Positions 17,732 to 31,362 of a stretch of 64,000 bases of DNA are shown here, in pieces. A program made the translations under genes and the position numbers. A model generated the notes under the pieces. That model was not told the DNA's origin. It ran no database searches and saw nothing but the letters and a program-made list of their open reading frames with translations. Positions within the stretch are counted from its first letter, which is position 1, and each line of letters opens with the position of its first letter. Origin of the DNA: Camelus dromedarius (lineage: Eukaryota). The stretch spans positions 5,146,001-5,210,000 of the forward strand of contig NC_087447.1 of the NCBI RefSeq assembly GCF_036321535.1, written 5' to 3'.

Positions 17732-18101
17732 TGTTAAAAACCAAAATTCAACTGAGTAGATTTTAAAGATCTTATTGGGTTTATTCAATGATTTATGAAT
17801 TGGGCAGCATCCAATCCAGCAGCTAGAAAGGAGCTCCAAGGAGCTGTGCAAAATGAAAGACTTTTATAGCCAGAATGGAGCAGACACAAAGGACTTATGT
17901 GAAAAAGAGGGTTGGTTACTGCAAGGTCGCTTTTCTTTAGGGGATGGCAGATGATCCCACTAGTGCTGGTCAGGCCATTCCTGATTGACTGGTTCAAGAT
18001 ACTATTCCCAGGGGATCTGAAATTGTAATTAAGTCTTGGTTTGGTGATGTGGGGCTTAGCATAAGTGACTCCATTTTGGGCCTGTTGTCTTGTTTTTAAC
18101 C
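17732..18101 (-). mobile_element. Solo ERV1-class LTR (about 370 bp)
   Basis: Inverted termini TGTTAAAAAC...TTTTTAAC(C), 4-bp direct repeat CAAG on both sides (17728-17731 and 18102-18105), and minus-strand CTATAAAAG (17861-17869) followed by AATAAA (17780-17785). AT-rich relative to the flanks. Confidence 0.8.
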
Positions 18102-18284
18102 CAAGCAATGCAGCATCTATGGACTCAGTTTTCTCATCCTCAAATGGGGGTTATAATGCATACTTTAGCTCAGGCTTGGGATGGGCAGGGTGTGCCTGGA
18201 AGAAAGTAAGCACTTGGTAGCCATGTCAGCAAGCATTTCTTGACTTGTCCCTGGTACCTGCAGAGGGCTTCAGTGAGATACACT

Positions 18285-18395
18285 TACCCCTGTGAGGTAA
18301 CAGTTATGAGTCTCTGCCTTTTACAAATGAGGAAATCAAGGCTCAGAGAGGTGATGTGATTTGCTCAAGGCCACACAGCTGATGAGAGGCAGGGT
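18285..18395 (-). mobile_element. MIR SINE fragment
   Basis: TTTTACAAATGAGGAAATCAAGGCTCAGAGAGGTGATGTGATTTGCTCAAGGCCACACAGCT is the reverse MIR core. Additional MIR pieces lie at about 18110-18230 and 18520-18620. Confidence 0.85.
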
Positions 18396-18891
18396 TGGGG
18401 TCTTTGTGTGCGTACGTGCATGGAGAGCAGCGTTGTTCTGTGCTCACTCCCAGACCGCCCTGGCTGGGCACTGGCTGTGATGACACCAGCTGCCCAGCTC
18501 AAATGAACAATAATTATCGTAATAATGAGACTGGTAGAGCGCTCTTGGGGCCAGGGTAGGAACTACTATTATCCTATTATCTGTAGGAGAAGATTGAGGT
18601 TCAGAGTGAGAGACCCTTTCCCATTCAGAGACTTTACAGGGAGTCCAAGCCTAGCCTCTGGCTAGTGTTGGGGGTGAGTGGCTGTCAGGATGCAGACCAT
18701 GCCCTCCAAACCAAGGGGGGTCCATTTACCCTTCCACTTCTTTGCTTTCCCCCTACACCTATCCCCTAAGCTGAGCCAGGCCGATGGACATCGCAGGGTG
18801 CCATCCCAGCTTTGGTCCCTGTAGGCTGATTACTCTCAGGTTCATGCCTTGCCTTCTCTGAGCCCCTTTTCAGGCAGGTTTGTGGGGAGCT

Positions 18892-19051
18892 GGGGCTGCT
18901 AGGTTCACTGAGTATGGTTGTGCAGGTTGCTCACTGCACAAAGGTACCCAGCTGAGTGGTCATGTCATGTCCCTTCTGCTATGCATATGGCTGGAGGGGG
19001 GCATCTTTTCGCAACTAGTGCACAGGTGCCTTAGGGGCTAGCTCAGCCCTG
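18892..19051 (+). mobile_element. MER91-like hAT-Tip100 DNA transposon
   Basis: GTTGTGCAGGTTGCTCACTGCACAAAGG...GGGGGGCATCTTTTCGCAACTAGTGCACAGGTGCCTTAGGGGCTAGCTCAGCCCTG resembles the MER91 consensus termini as recalled. Confidence 0.6.
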
Positions 19052-20821
19052 TGGGAACAGAGAGAGTTAAAAAGTTTGCACAAGGAAGGAGCTGATCCTC
19101 CTCTGGAGCCCTAGGGCTCGGGCTCCCCAGGGAGATGATTGATAACAGAACCTGCAGAAGGACTACCCAGGAAATGCTTCCCTGATAGACAAGGCAGTGA
19201 TTCAACCCTAGCTGGAGGGGTCCTGCTGGAGATAACCTGCCCCTAGGGTCTATATCCAGGGGAAACCGCTGCTACCATGGCCCCTCTCCAGACTCAGGAT
19301 GGATTCTTGGCCCCAGGGCCAAGGCTGCTGCTTTCCTGCTCCCCAGCCTCCCAGCAGAAGAGCTGAGAGTTCACGGGTGGACTCCCTGAAGTTTCCCGCA
19401 TCCTTCCTGCTACAACACCTGAGATTCCATTAAACACCCTCTCTCAGCCACAGGCATGGGCTGGCGGGCTGTGCCTTCACTGTGTTCCCAGGCTGTGTGC
19501 TCAACCTGGCCACTTGCCCCTTTCTCTCATGAGGCCATCGATGCCACCTGCAGAGAGAGGGTGTCTGGGGTGAAGTGAGGAGGGGGTCTGAGGAAGGGTT
19601 CCAGGAGAGTGTGCTATTATTAAGCTGCAAGTTACCCTAGTGGCGTGGGGAGGAGGGTGGGAGGGCTCAGGAAGTTCTCTTCAACTCACAGGACACTCAG
19701 AGCGGCTGGAACCCCGGTTGGGGCAAGACTTGGGGAGTGGGTGGGAGCAGGACAGAGAGCACCCCCAGGAGGACAGACGGAGGTGGATGCCAGGTTGATG
19801 GCTGTTGATGTGGGGTGGGGGTAAACCTTAGGTCTGCCATGGGCAGCAAGGCTTTGGCCAAGTTGCGTCCCCTCCTGAGCCTGTTTCCCCCAGGCAAACT
19901 TCAGTCTGGCTGTGCGCTTCCGTGAGTCCCTCCTCCAGGCCATAAGCTCCTTGGGAGTGGGATGGTCTGCCCCAGAGCCAGGGCCTGGCCAGTCACACAG
20001 TCAAGGCCACAAGACTGTATGTAGAGGGAGTGTATCTCTGGAGCCTTTGGTCCTGTCACTAGACCATCCTGAATCAGGGGTCTGACAGGTGTCAGTGCTC
20101 TCATACAGCCACTGAGACAGTCAGATCAAGCCCTCTGCCATTTAAACAGACTGCAGACACTTTCTCCGTGTACTCCCGAGTCCTGCCATGCCGCCAACCC
20201 TCCATCCTTCTAGGGAGGGCACCCAAGGAGGCAGGGAGGAATGAGCCCTGCAGGGACACAAGCCTGCATCGGAACCAGCCCCGTTGTCCTGGCAATGGCT
20301 CCTGTCCCAGGCACCCAAGGCACCCCCGGGGGCAATTAGCGAGTGTGGGAGGGGGTTTCCATGGTGGCAGTCTCGAGGGGTGTGGCCTGGGCTTAGGGCG
20401 GGGGCAAAGGCCGGCGGGCCCTTTCTCCTTTGTCCAGGCACACTAGGCCTTTGTTCTCGCCTGGCTCTCTGAGGACCCGCCCAGGACTATGGGTAGGGGT
20501 CTTGAACCAGCAGAGGAGTAAGCAAAATAGGGAATAGAGCCCCACTTCTAGGCCCAGCAACCACTTGGGGAGCCCTCCTCCCACAGGTACAGGAGCCTTA
20601 TCTGCCCCCAAGAGGCAGGGCAAGGCGCTTCCTATTGGTTCCTGCCGATGGTAAACACCTTCCAGCAGCCAATGGGCAGCCTCATTGTGCCCTTGGGTGC
20701 GAGGGATGGACTAGGAGAGGTGGGCTGTGAGGGGAATGAGGGCTGGAGGGGAAGTAGCAGCTGGTCTAGGGGTGGGGATAGGGGGCATTCGATCCAACTC
20801 CATACAGGCTTCCACTCAGAC

Positions 20822-20827
20822 TTTATT
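20822..20827 (-). terminator. TBC1D10C polyadenylation signal AATAAA
   Basis: Plus-strand TTTATT about 300 nt after the stop. Confidence 0.7.
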
Positions 20828-21128
20828 CCAGGCCTCCCCAGGGGCCTTTCAGGGTCCCCTCGCCCAGCCCACGCCCTTACCCCCACGCTCCTTCAAGCAC
20901 CAGCTTTTTGCTTGCAAAGGCTCAGGCATCTGGACAGCTCTGTGGGCAGACGGTGGGCCAGGGTCCCTGAAACCTCACTCTGTGACCTTCCTTCATCCTC
21001 GTGCCTGACAGAGTCCCTGAGAAGGGAGCTGAGGCATCAAATCCCAGCTGTAAAGTGCGGTGCCCACTTCAGGGCTGGCATCATCCATTTTGGCAATTGG
21101 GTTGGGGGACACTGAGTCCGTGGTACCT

Positions 21129-24100
21129 TCAGAATCGGGTGTCCAGGAAGGAGGTCGAGCCTCGATGGGACCTTGAGGGGCTCTCAATAGGGGGGCCCCT
21201 GGGCCGAGTCAGCAGCCCGTGGAAAGTCTTTCCTCGGGTCTGGGGCTTGCGCCGAGGCGGCCTGGGCTCTTCCGGGGGCTGCACCACGATGCGGGGCACC
21301 TCGGGCCTAGTGCCTCCCCGAGTTACTGCCAGCTGCTGGGCCTCAAAGATGGCTTGGGCCCCAGGCAGGCGGGCCTGCGGCCTCGGGGGTGGCCCAGATG
21401 CCGTCGCAGGCAGCTGGGCTAGCTGGGCCTTGATCTCCCGTTGCAGGTCATGTTCGGACAGGGCCACGCTGTGCACCTGTGGGAAGCAGTCGGTACTGAG
21501 CCTACCTGGCCTAGGGGAGGGCAGGAAACGATGAGGTCTCCGGGGGGCGGGCAGTACACAGCCCCAGGAAGTGGCTGAGGGGCTGAAAGACTTGCTAAGG
21601 GAGTCACAGAAAGCCACTTGAGGCCTGAGGACAGAAAGCGAGTCCCAGTTCTTACTCTGACTTCCTGCTCTGGGACTCAGTTTCCCCAACTGTGCAGCAG
21701 TGGTTGGGCCACTGCAGAAGGACAGGCAGGGGGCACCAACCTGGGGCATGAAGACCTCCTCCTGTAGCTGGGTGGGCGGTATGGCTCGAAGGGCGCCAAG
21801 TGTCTCCAGGAGTCCTGAGCAGGCCAGGCGCTGTTCAGTAGTGCCCAGCGCCAGGCGCACCAGCGTCAGCCCCACCCGGAACAGCACCTTCACACCTGCA
21901 GGCCAGGGGCTCATTCAGTGGGGGCCAGTCCTGCCCTTCCTTGGTCTGCATCTGAACCTACCCTCAGCCAGACTCCTTCCCTGCTCCTACAGCTCTGCTG
22001 CCGAGACCCAGATCAAGTATGTCTCAGCAACCACAGACACTTCTGACCAAAGCAGCCCGCCAGGAGCCAGGGGCTACTGACAGGCTTGCACCAAGCCTTT
22101 TCATTCTGGGGTTCAGCACCTCATCACTACAGGGAAGGGCTGGGTGGTGACACAAAGACCTTTCCAGCTGAGATCTGTGACTTGATTCCAGAGAGGTTCT
22201 AGCCAGAGCTCCTTACCCCTAAGCCAAGAGCACAGTGCACACGTGTGCACACACATGCACGCACATGGTGTGACCTTGGGCCTGTTCCTGGAGCCTCAGA
22301 ATCCCTTCCTGGCAGCTTTGGGTCTGCTGAGAAAAGCAGTCAGGGGACCAGTGAGGCCTAGTGACTTTAAAGAGATAACAATGACTACTAACGTTCTCAC
22401 TGTTATAAAAGGGAGCCTGCAGCAGAGAACAAGGGTAGTTCACCAGCCTGATGGGCCCTGCCCCACCCTCCGGGTCTGAGTCTGCAGGGGAGGACGCGTA
22501 GATGGTGACTTGGACACCCATGGCCAGAGCTCTAAGCTAGCCTGAAGCCAACTGGGCATACAGCAGGTGCTCAACAACGGTATTGATCGATTTCTACCAC
22601 TTTTTAGGTGCAACCGCCTGACAACCCACATAGAAAAGAATGCAGGCGGGTTACTGATGGGGGTATCAAGGCAGAGCCCCAAAACCCGAAAGAGTCCAGC
22701 TCAGCTCTGCCCCAACTCCTCCCACTCTTGGCCACCCTCTCTCCATGTCTGGACCCCTCAAGTCATCTGTATCCTGGACCCTGTGGACAGTGTCCTTCCC
22801 GGCCTCTCAGCCTCCACAACGTCCCTGCCAGTTTGCCTCTTCCACAGTGCAGCCACAAGCATCTTTAAACAGCACTCGCCTCCTGCTGCTCCCCTACACT
22901 CTGGCACACCCTTTGTTTTATTTTCTTCGTGGAACTTATGACGATCTATAAATATCTTGTTAATTTGGTTACTGTTGCCTCCCATCCCCACCCCCACCAG
23001 AATGTAGGTCTCGCTCACTCAAGTGGCCCTGGCTTCCAGAGAAGCGACTGGGCTCTGTGAATGCTCACCCAGTGCCTGTGAGCTCCATCAGCCATGCCCC
23101 GACCGTGCCCAGTCCCTGAGCTGTCCTACTGCTGTGATCTCCCCAGCTCCTGCCCTGTCTCCTCATGGAAGCCTCCCTGACTCCAGCCTTCCACCAAGTA
23201 GATGCTGCCCTCTCTATGGTGGGCTCATTGCTGAGAGGGCTAGCATTCATTACATGGGTGGGATGTGGCCTCAGCACACCCCGGCACCCATACCAAGGGC
23301 CAGGATCGGCAGTGGCGGCGGGGCAGAGCAGAGTGGGCACGCTCGTTCCCTGGGCCCACCAGGCACCCGAGGCTCCAGGCCCCAGTCCCCCCACCAGTCC
23401 CCACCCACCTGGCCGGCCACCCACTCACCCTCGCTAAGGAAAGCGTCCCAGACACGCAGCACCGTGGGGAAGGGCAGGGAGCGGGCGAAGAGGCACAGGA
23501 ACCACTCGGGCAGGTAGAGCAGGGGCCCGACGCCCACCTGCTGCAGGTGCTTGTGCACGCGTGGGAGCAGCCGCCGCAGCAGGGCCATGAACACCTCGGC
23601 GTCCAGCCGCACAGCCTCCTGCAGCCACGTCCGTCAGCACCTCCACTCCATTCCCAAACCCCTGGCTCTGCCCCACCCTTTTCCCCAGGCCCCCACTCGC
23701 CCACCCAGACCTCCCTCTGGCCCTGTCCCAGCCTCTCACCATGTGGGGCCCGTAGTAGCCAGGGAGGTAAACCTCGCAGATCTGTACCAGGCACCAAAAG
23801 GCCTCCTGGGGGTGGGCACAGGTCTTGAGTACCCACCGTGGAGGAGACCACAGAGGGGACCACAGGGCAGAGGAAAGGGGCAAAGGGGAGGGCCTGGACC
23901 CAGTGGTGTCTGGAGTGACCCTGGAGCCGGAGCCTGGACTCAGTGCTGGGGTGGGTTAGGAGAAGTTCTTACCAAAAGCTTCCCCTTGCCCAGACAAAGG
24001 CCTACCAAGGGATTTGGGGGGTTAGAAGTCACAGGGCTCAGGGTGCTGAATTTGAGGGTCACAGGGTTGGTGCTCACTGGTCAAGGGTCAGGAGGATCCC

Positions 24101-26257
24101 AAAGTTCAAGTCCTGGGTTCTTGGGGTCACTGGGGTCAGGGATCATAGTCACAGGGTTCAGAATCAGGAGTCATGAGATCAAGGTGACAATGTCTAGATT
24201 CCTAGATCACTGGGGAAAGGGTCAGGGATCAGAGTTCCATGTTCCTGGAGCCAAGGCCATTGGGCTTGAAGGTCACTGAGGTTGGGGGTCATGAGGCTCT
24301 GGGTCACTAGGACAGGACCTGAGAGTCAGAGATCACAGGTCTCTGAGGCCAGAGTTCCTGGGGGTGGGGGGTCCGAGTCTTGGGTTGCTCTGGCAGGGCT
24401 GAGGGCACTCACCTCTGGGGGCAGATGCATGAGCAGCACGGCAGCCACGGGGCCCTGGGCCTGGCAGTAGCCCTGTTCGGGCCGGTACAGGGTGTAGGCT
24501 TTGAGTACCTGCAGGAGCCCCTGCTGCCTGTGCCAGAAGACCCCTTTAGGGGCCAGTCCTCCAGGCATCCCTTCCCCACCCTCTGGCGACCCCTGTGCAG
24601 GCCTCAGTCCCCACACTCCACCCCAGGGCCTTGCTGGGTCCTCTGAGATGCAAGGATAGAAAGTCAAGGTGAGGGACTAGGCCAAAGAGCCTGGGGGCTG
24701 TGGGGCTGGGGGTCCCTGAGCATCACTGGCCTCGTACCCGTGACCCTGGGGTGACACAAACATCTCATGCAGAGGGAATTGGCGATGCAGGTCCCTGCCA
24801 ATGGTTTCCATCCACTGTGGGTCTCCAGGGGCCTCAGCAAGTTCCTGTGGGTGGGCATGAGGGTGGATGTGAAGGCTCAGGGGAAGGGCCTGGGAAGGGG
24901 AGGTGGGACTCCTGCCAGTTCCCTCACCTGATAAGTGCCAGGGTTGTTCTTCTGACACACGTGGGCCCCGCACAACAGGGGCCAGCACCGAGCCCGCAGG
25001 GCCGAGGGGATGCCTTTCCGGCACTGCATCTTTACCTGTGGGTGAGGCCAAGGGACCCTGTTAGGCCAGCCACGCCAGCTTCCCCAGCTCCCGCTGGCAG
25101 GCCCCAAGCACAACCCGTCATTGGACAAGAGCCATTTTGGGTAGGAAGGAGAAAAGGCGTGAAGTGCTGGGACACAGAGGGGAAATTTTGCCAGGGCATG
25201 GCCGAGGCAAATGCGGATGAGCCAAGGAGGCCTGGGCGGGACCCCTCTTCTCCTCACCTTTTTGTACCGCCGAGACATGGTTTTCTCCCAGTGTGAGGTC
25301 ATCTCCACCCACTTCATCTCTCGCTGGCGGATAAGGTCTGCAGGAGGGTGACCTGGCCTGGGGGGACATGGCACAGGCATCCAGACGCTGGGCAGCTATT
25401 ACCTAGAGCCCATATCTGCCACTCTTAATGTTACCCAGGTGAGCCCACCTCCTGGCCCTGGAGATCTCTGGCAAGCCCTGGGGGGCTGGGGGTGGGCAGT
25501 GACCTGTCACCCAGGAGTTTCCAGTGGTTGTCATGGGGACAGGAAAGGATGTGGCTCTGATGTGGGCAGAAGCAGGAAAGACTGAAAGGGGTGTGTAGGT
25601 GTGTGTTGGGGGAGGGGCTGGTTGGCTGTCCCCCAGGATGGGGACACAGTCAACTCACAGGGGAAGTTGGGTAGACAGAGCCCTGGACTAGAAGCCAGGA
25701 GTCATGAGTTTGCATCTGATTTTGTCTCTGTTTTGCTGTGTGACCTTCCTATCTGTCTTTAGACTTGTTTTCTTGTCTGTATGCTGGGAAGGGGGAGGAT
25801 TGTTAGGGGAAAGGGTGTAGGTTCTTTAATTTGGAGCTGGGATTCCTGGGCCAGAGATTAAAAGGGGAAGAATGTTAGCCCCAAGGGTGGGTGCAAACCC
25901 TCAGAGATTGGAAGTAAAATAGGCATATAGGAAACTGCAGCCCTGCCAGACTTAGGATTCTACCTGGAACCTGAGGAGGGGTGACACCAGCTGAGTCCCC
26001 AGACCCTCCCAAGACCCTCGAGTTTGGGCTTCACTCTAGAATTCAGCCCTCAGCCCCCACCCTCTTTCCCAGCATCCCACCCCACCCCATCCCTTCCCCA
26101 CTTACCCTGGTTCTGCTGAGCTGCCCCCAATGAAGCCATAGCGGTCAGCCTGGCGATATGGGCCAGGCCCACTCAGCTCTGAGTCAGATCCCAAAGAGCT
26201 GGAGTCATCCTGCAGCTCACAAGACTGCACCAGGTCCTCCCCCAAGGCCTGGGCCAT
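21129..26257 (-). CDS. TBC1D10C: Carabin / TBC1 domain family member 10C (Ras/Rab35 GAP, calcineurin inhibitor), 9 coding exons, 446 aa
   Basis: Exons (minus): 26106-26257 (Kozak GCACCATGG), 25258-25357, 24928-25035, 24738-24844, 24413-24527, 23740-23805, 23429-23618, 21741-21895, 21129-21476; total 1341 nt. TBC motifs [10 protein letters not shown] and GYCQAQG are present, and the C-terminus is the PDZ-binding motif SFLDTRF*. Confidence 0.96.
21590..21695. mobile_element. MIR fragment in the last TBC1D10C intron
   Basis: GACTTGCTAAGGGAGTCACAG...GTCCCAGTTC...TCTGGGACTCAGTTTCCCCAACTGTG (MIR-like). Confidence 0.55.
22825..23085 (+). mobile_element. L2 LINE 3' fragment
   Basis: ...CCCCACCAGAATGTAGGTCTC...GGCTCTGTGAATGCTCACCCAGTGCCTGTGAGCTCC is an L2 3' end-like pattern. 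Confidence 0.55.
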
Positions 26258-26517
26258 GGTGCCACAGACCCCGATACCACAGGCTGCAAGATGTCGGCAA
26301 AGTCAATGTGAGAGGCGGCTCCTGGCCAGCCTGGGGCCTGGGCTCCTATCCAGCCAGGCCCTAGCCCCAGGTCAGAGGGGGCAGATTTCAGGGTATCTCA
26401 CCAAGCCCTTTCTTTTATTGTAGGATGATAGTGGGGTAACACCCAGAAGTGGCAGAAAGGCCAGACCCCCTGGACAGAGACCAGGGCCCAGCCCCTGTCC
26501 CCACCAGCCCAGCTTAC

Positions 26518-26650
26518 CTCCCTGCTGTATCTCACCTCCTCCTCTCACTTCCTCCTCAGCCACAGCTTCAGCAACCCGCTGGGGGCCCCTCCCAAATGTG
26601 TGTGGGGGGTTACCCCTTCCTCTCCCAGGCTCTTCCGGCCTGACCCAGTG
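26518..26650 (-). promoter_or_regulatory. TBC1D10C proximal promoter and non-coding exon 1
   Basis: Donor GAG|GTAAGC at 26517 and exon 2 acceptor TAG|G at 26345. ETS/PU.1-type GAGGAAGTG (minus, about 26547-26555) and CTTCCGG (about 26631); the 5' extent is approximate. Confidence 0.6.
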
Positions 26651-27550
26651 GCCCTGGACTCCTCCCCCCATCCCAGTGGGCTGGGTGGGTACAAGCTTGG
26701 GTTCCAGATTTGAGGTTACTGGCACATAAGACACTCAATTCAGGGTTCCAATGAGAATTATGGTTTATTTAACGTTTGCTCTTTACAAAGTAGTACTTTT
26801 AACATGCACACAAGGCAGCATTACTATGCTGCTCAAAAGACAAAAATGAAACACACAAAAAATTAATTTAGTATACACCACAGGCAATGTGGACCAGAAT
26901 GTGATCAGCGGTCAGCAACAGGTGTCTGGGTGGTCAGTTGTCCGGCGGCCACAGAGACTCAAGAAGTAGAGATCCTCCGTGAATGTGGCTTTGAGGCCCA
27001 GTCTTGGACCAGCCCCTTGCTATCTCTGAGCCTCAGTTTCCTTTCCTGTACTTCAAGGACTTAATTCGCAGTATTCGGAGAGGTGGTTACCAATGAGCTC
27101 ACACCACCCTCCTGCCCCCGAAGAAAGAGAAAAACAACTTCCACAGTACTTCCGGTCCCATACCCTCCGAACAGGGGTGGGTGACTCCTCAAGGGCGGGA
27201 CTAGACTCGACCTCGCCCCACGAAGCCCCGCCCACTGGGCAGGCTCCGCGCCAGAGTACGAATTCATTCCAAGTCCCGCCCCGCGACCGAGGCTCCGCCT
27301 CCCGAGCCTCCGCGGCCGCTGCTCTTGGCGTCCTGCGGAGGCGCTAGAGCGCTAGGACAACGGGCGGGGCGGGGCGGGCGGCCGAGGAGGCGGGGCAGGC
27401 GGCCGAGGAGGCGGGGCGGCGGGGCGGCGGGCCGGGGCGGGCCGGGGCGGGCCAGGGTGGGCGGAAGGAGCGCCAGGCCGGAAGGAGTTAGAGGGAGGGC
27501 GGGAGGCAGGAGCGGGCCCGGAGCTGCTGGGCCAGAGCGGCGGCGCCGCC

Positions 27551-30403
<2,853 letters not shown>

Positions 30404-30723
30404 CCTCCATGTGCCCGCCCTCTGCCCCAGATGGTGGATTGTACAGAAATCACATGGCTATAGAGGGGTCACGCTGGCCCCCCCAGGCCCACCTGTCACG
30501 GGGAACACGGAGCCTTGGTGTATTTTTTCTTTTTTTTTTTTATGAATCAATAGCAGCATCCAATCCCCCACGGCTCTCTCTGCCTGCCTCGACAGTGGCT
30601 GCAGGCAGGATCCTGGGGCTGAGGCTGCAGCTCAGGGCAAAGCAGGGCCAGATTGTGGGTCTCAGGCCTTGTCTGGCCTCAGGGCTGGCAGCCGGATCCT
30701 GGGGCAACCCATCTGGTCTCTTG

Positions 30724-30729
30724 AATAAA
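30724..30729 (+). terminator. PPP1CA polyadenylation signal AATAAA
   Basis: About 320 nt after the stop, followed by a GT/T-rich downstream element. Confidence 0.8.
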
Positions 30730-31362
30730 GGTCAAAGCTGGATTCTCACTATGGCCTCTGTGTCCCTTGTCCCAAACACTGGGCCTGGCAACCCTTCTGC
30801 CCAGAGCCACTTGGAGGCTTACTGGGCATGGGGCCCCAGCCAGGAAAACTCCAGCCACACACTCAGGTCCACAGGGGCCCCTGGAATTCCAAGCCAAAGC
30901 CAGAGAGTATTGGAAAAGCAAGCAAAAGTATCTGTGCCAGCCACAGGGGTTTCTAGAGGTGTGCCCAGGATTTGAGGAAGGGACAGGTCATGATTAGCAG
31001 AGAAAATGAAGCCCCACTGTGGTTTTTTTTTTTTTCCCCCCTTAGGGAGGTGGGCTTAGAGGGCAGGCTCTAGCCCTGGCTATACACCTGGCTGGATTAA
31101 GAGGTGAGGGACCTCCTGGCAGGTGGCAGCTCAACACAGAGCCTGGGAACAGACATGACTTGGGGCTAGAGGGAAATGACAGGACCCCGGCCAGTCACAG
31201 ACAGCCAGGCAGGGCCTGGGGGAGGCTGCAGGACCAGCCAGCTCAGCTCCAGCACAGCCCACCTTTGCCACCCACCCAGGAGGAGAGCTGGCCCTGTCCC
31301 TGCTGGCACTGGGGAGAGGCGGAGGCTGGGGCTGCATCTAGTCCAGTCCTCCCAACAGGGGT

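Noticed and set aside
26815-26832. Hairpin as a miRNA or snoRNA
   Set aside because: Only a 7-bp stem; no extended pre-miRNA fold, no C/D boxes and no H/ACA architecture visible.
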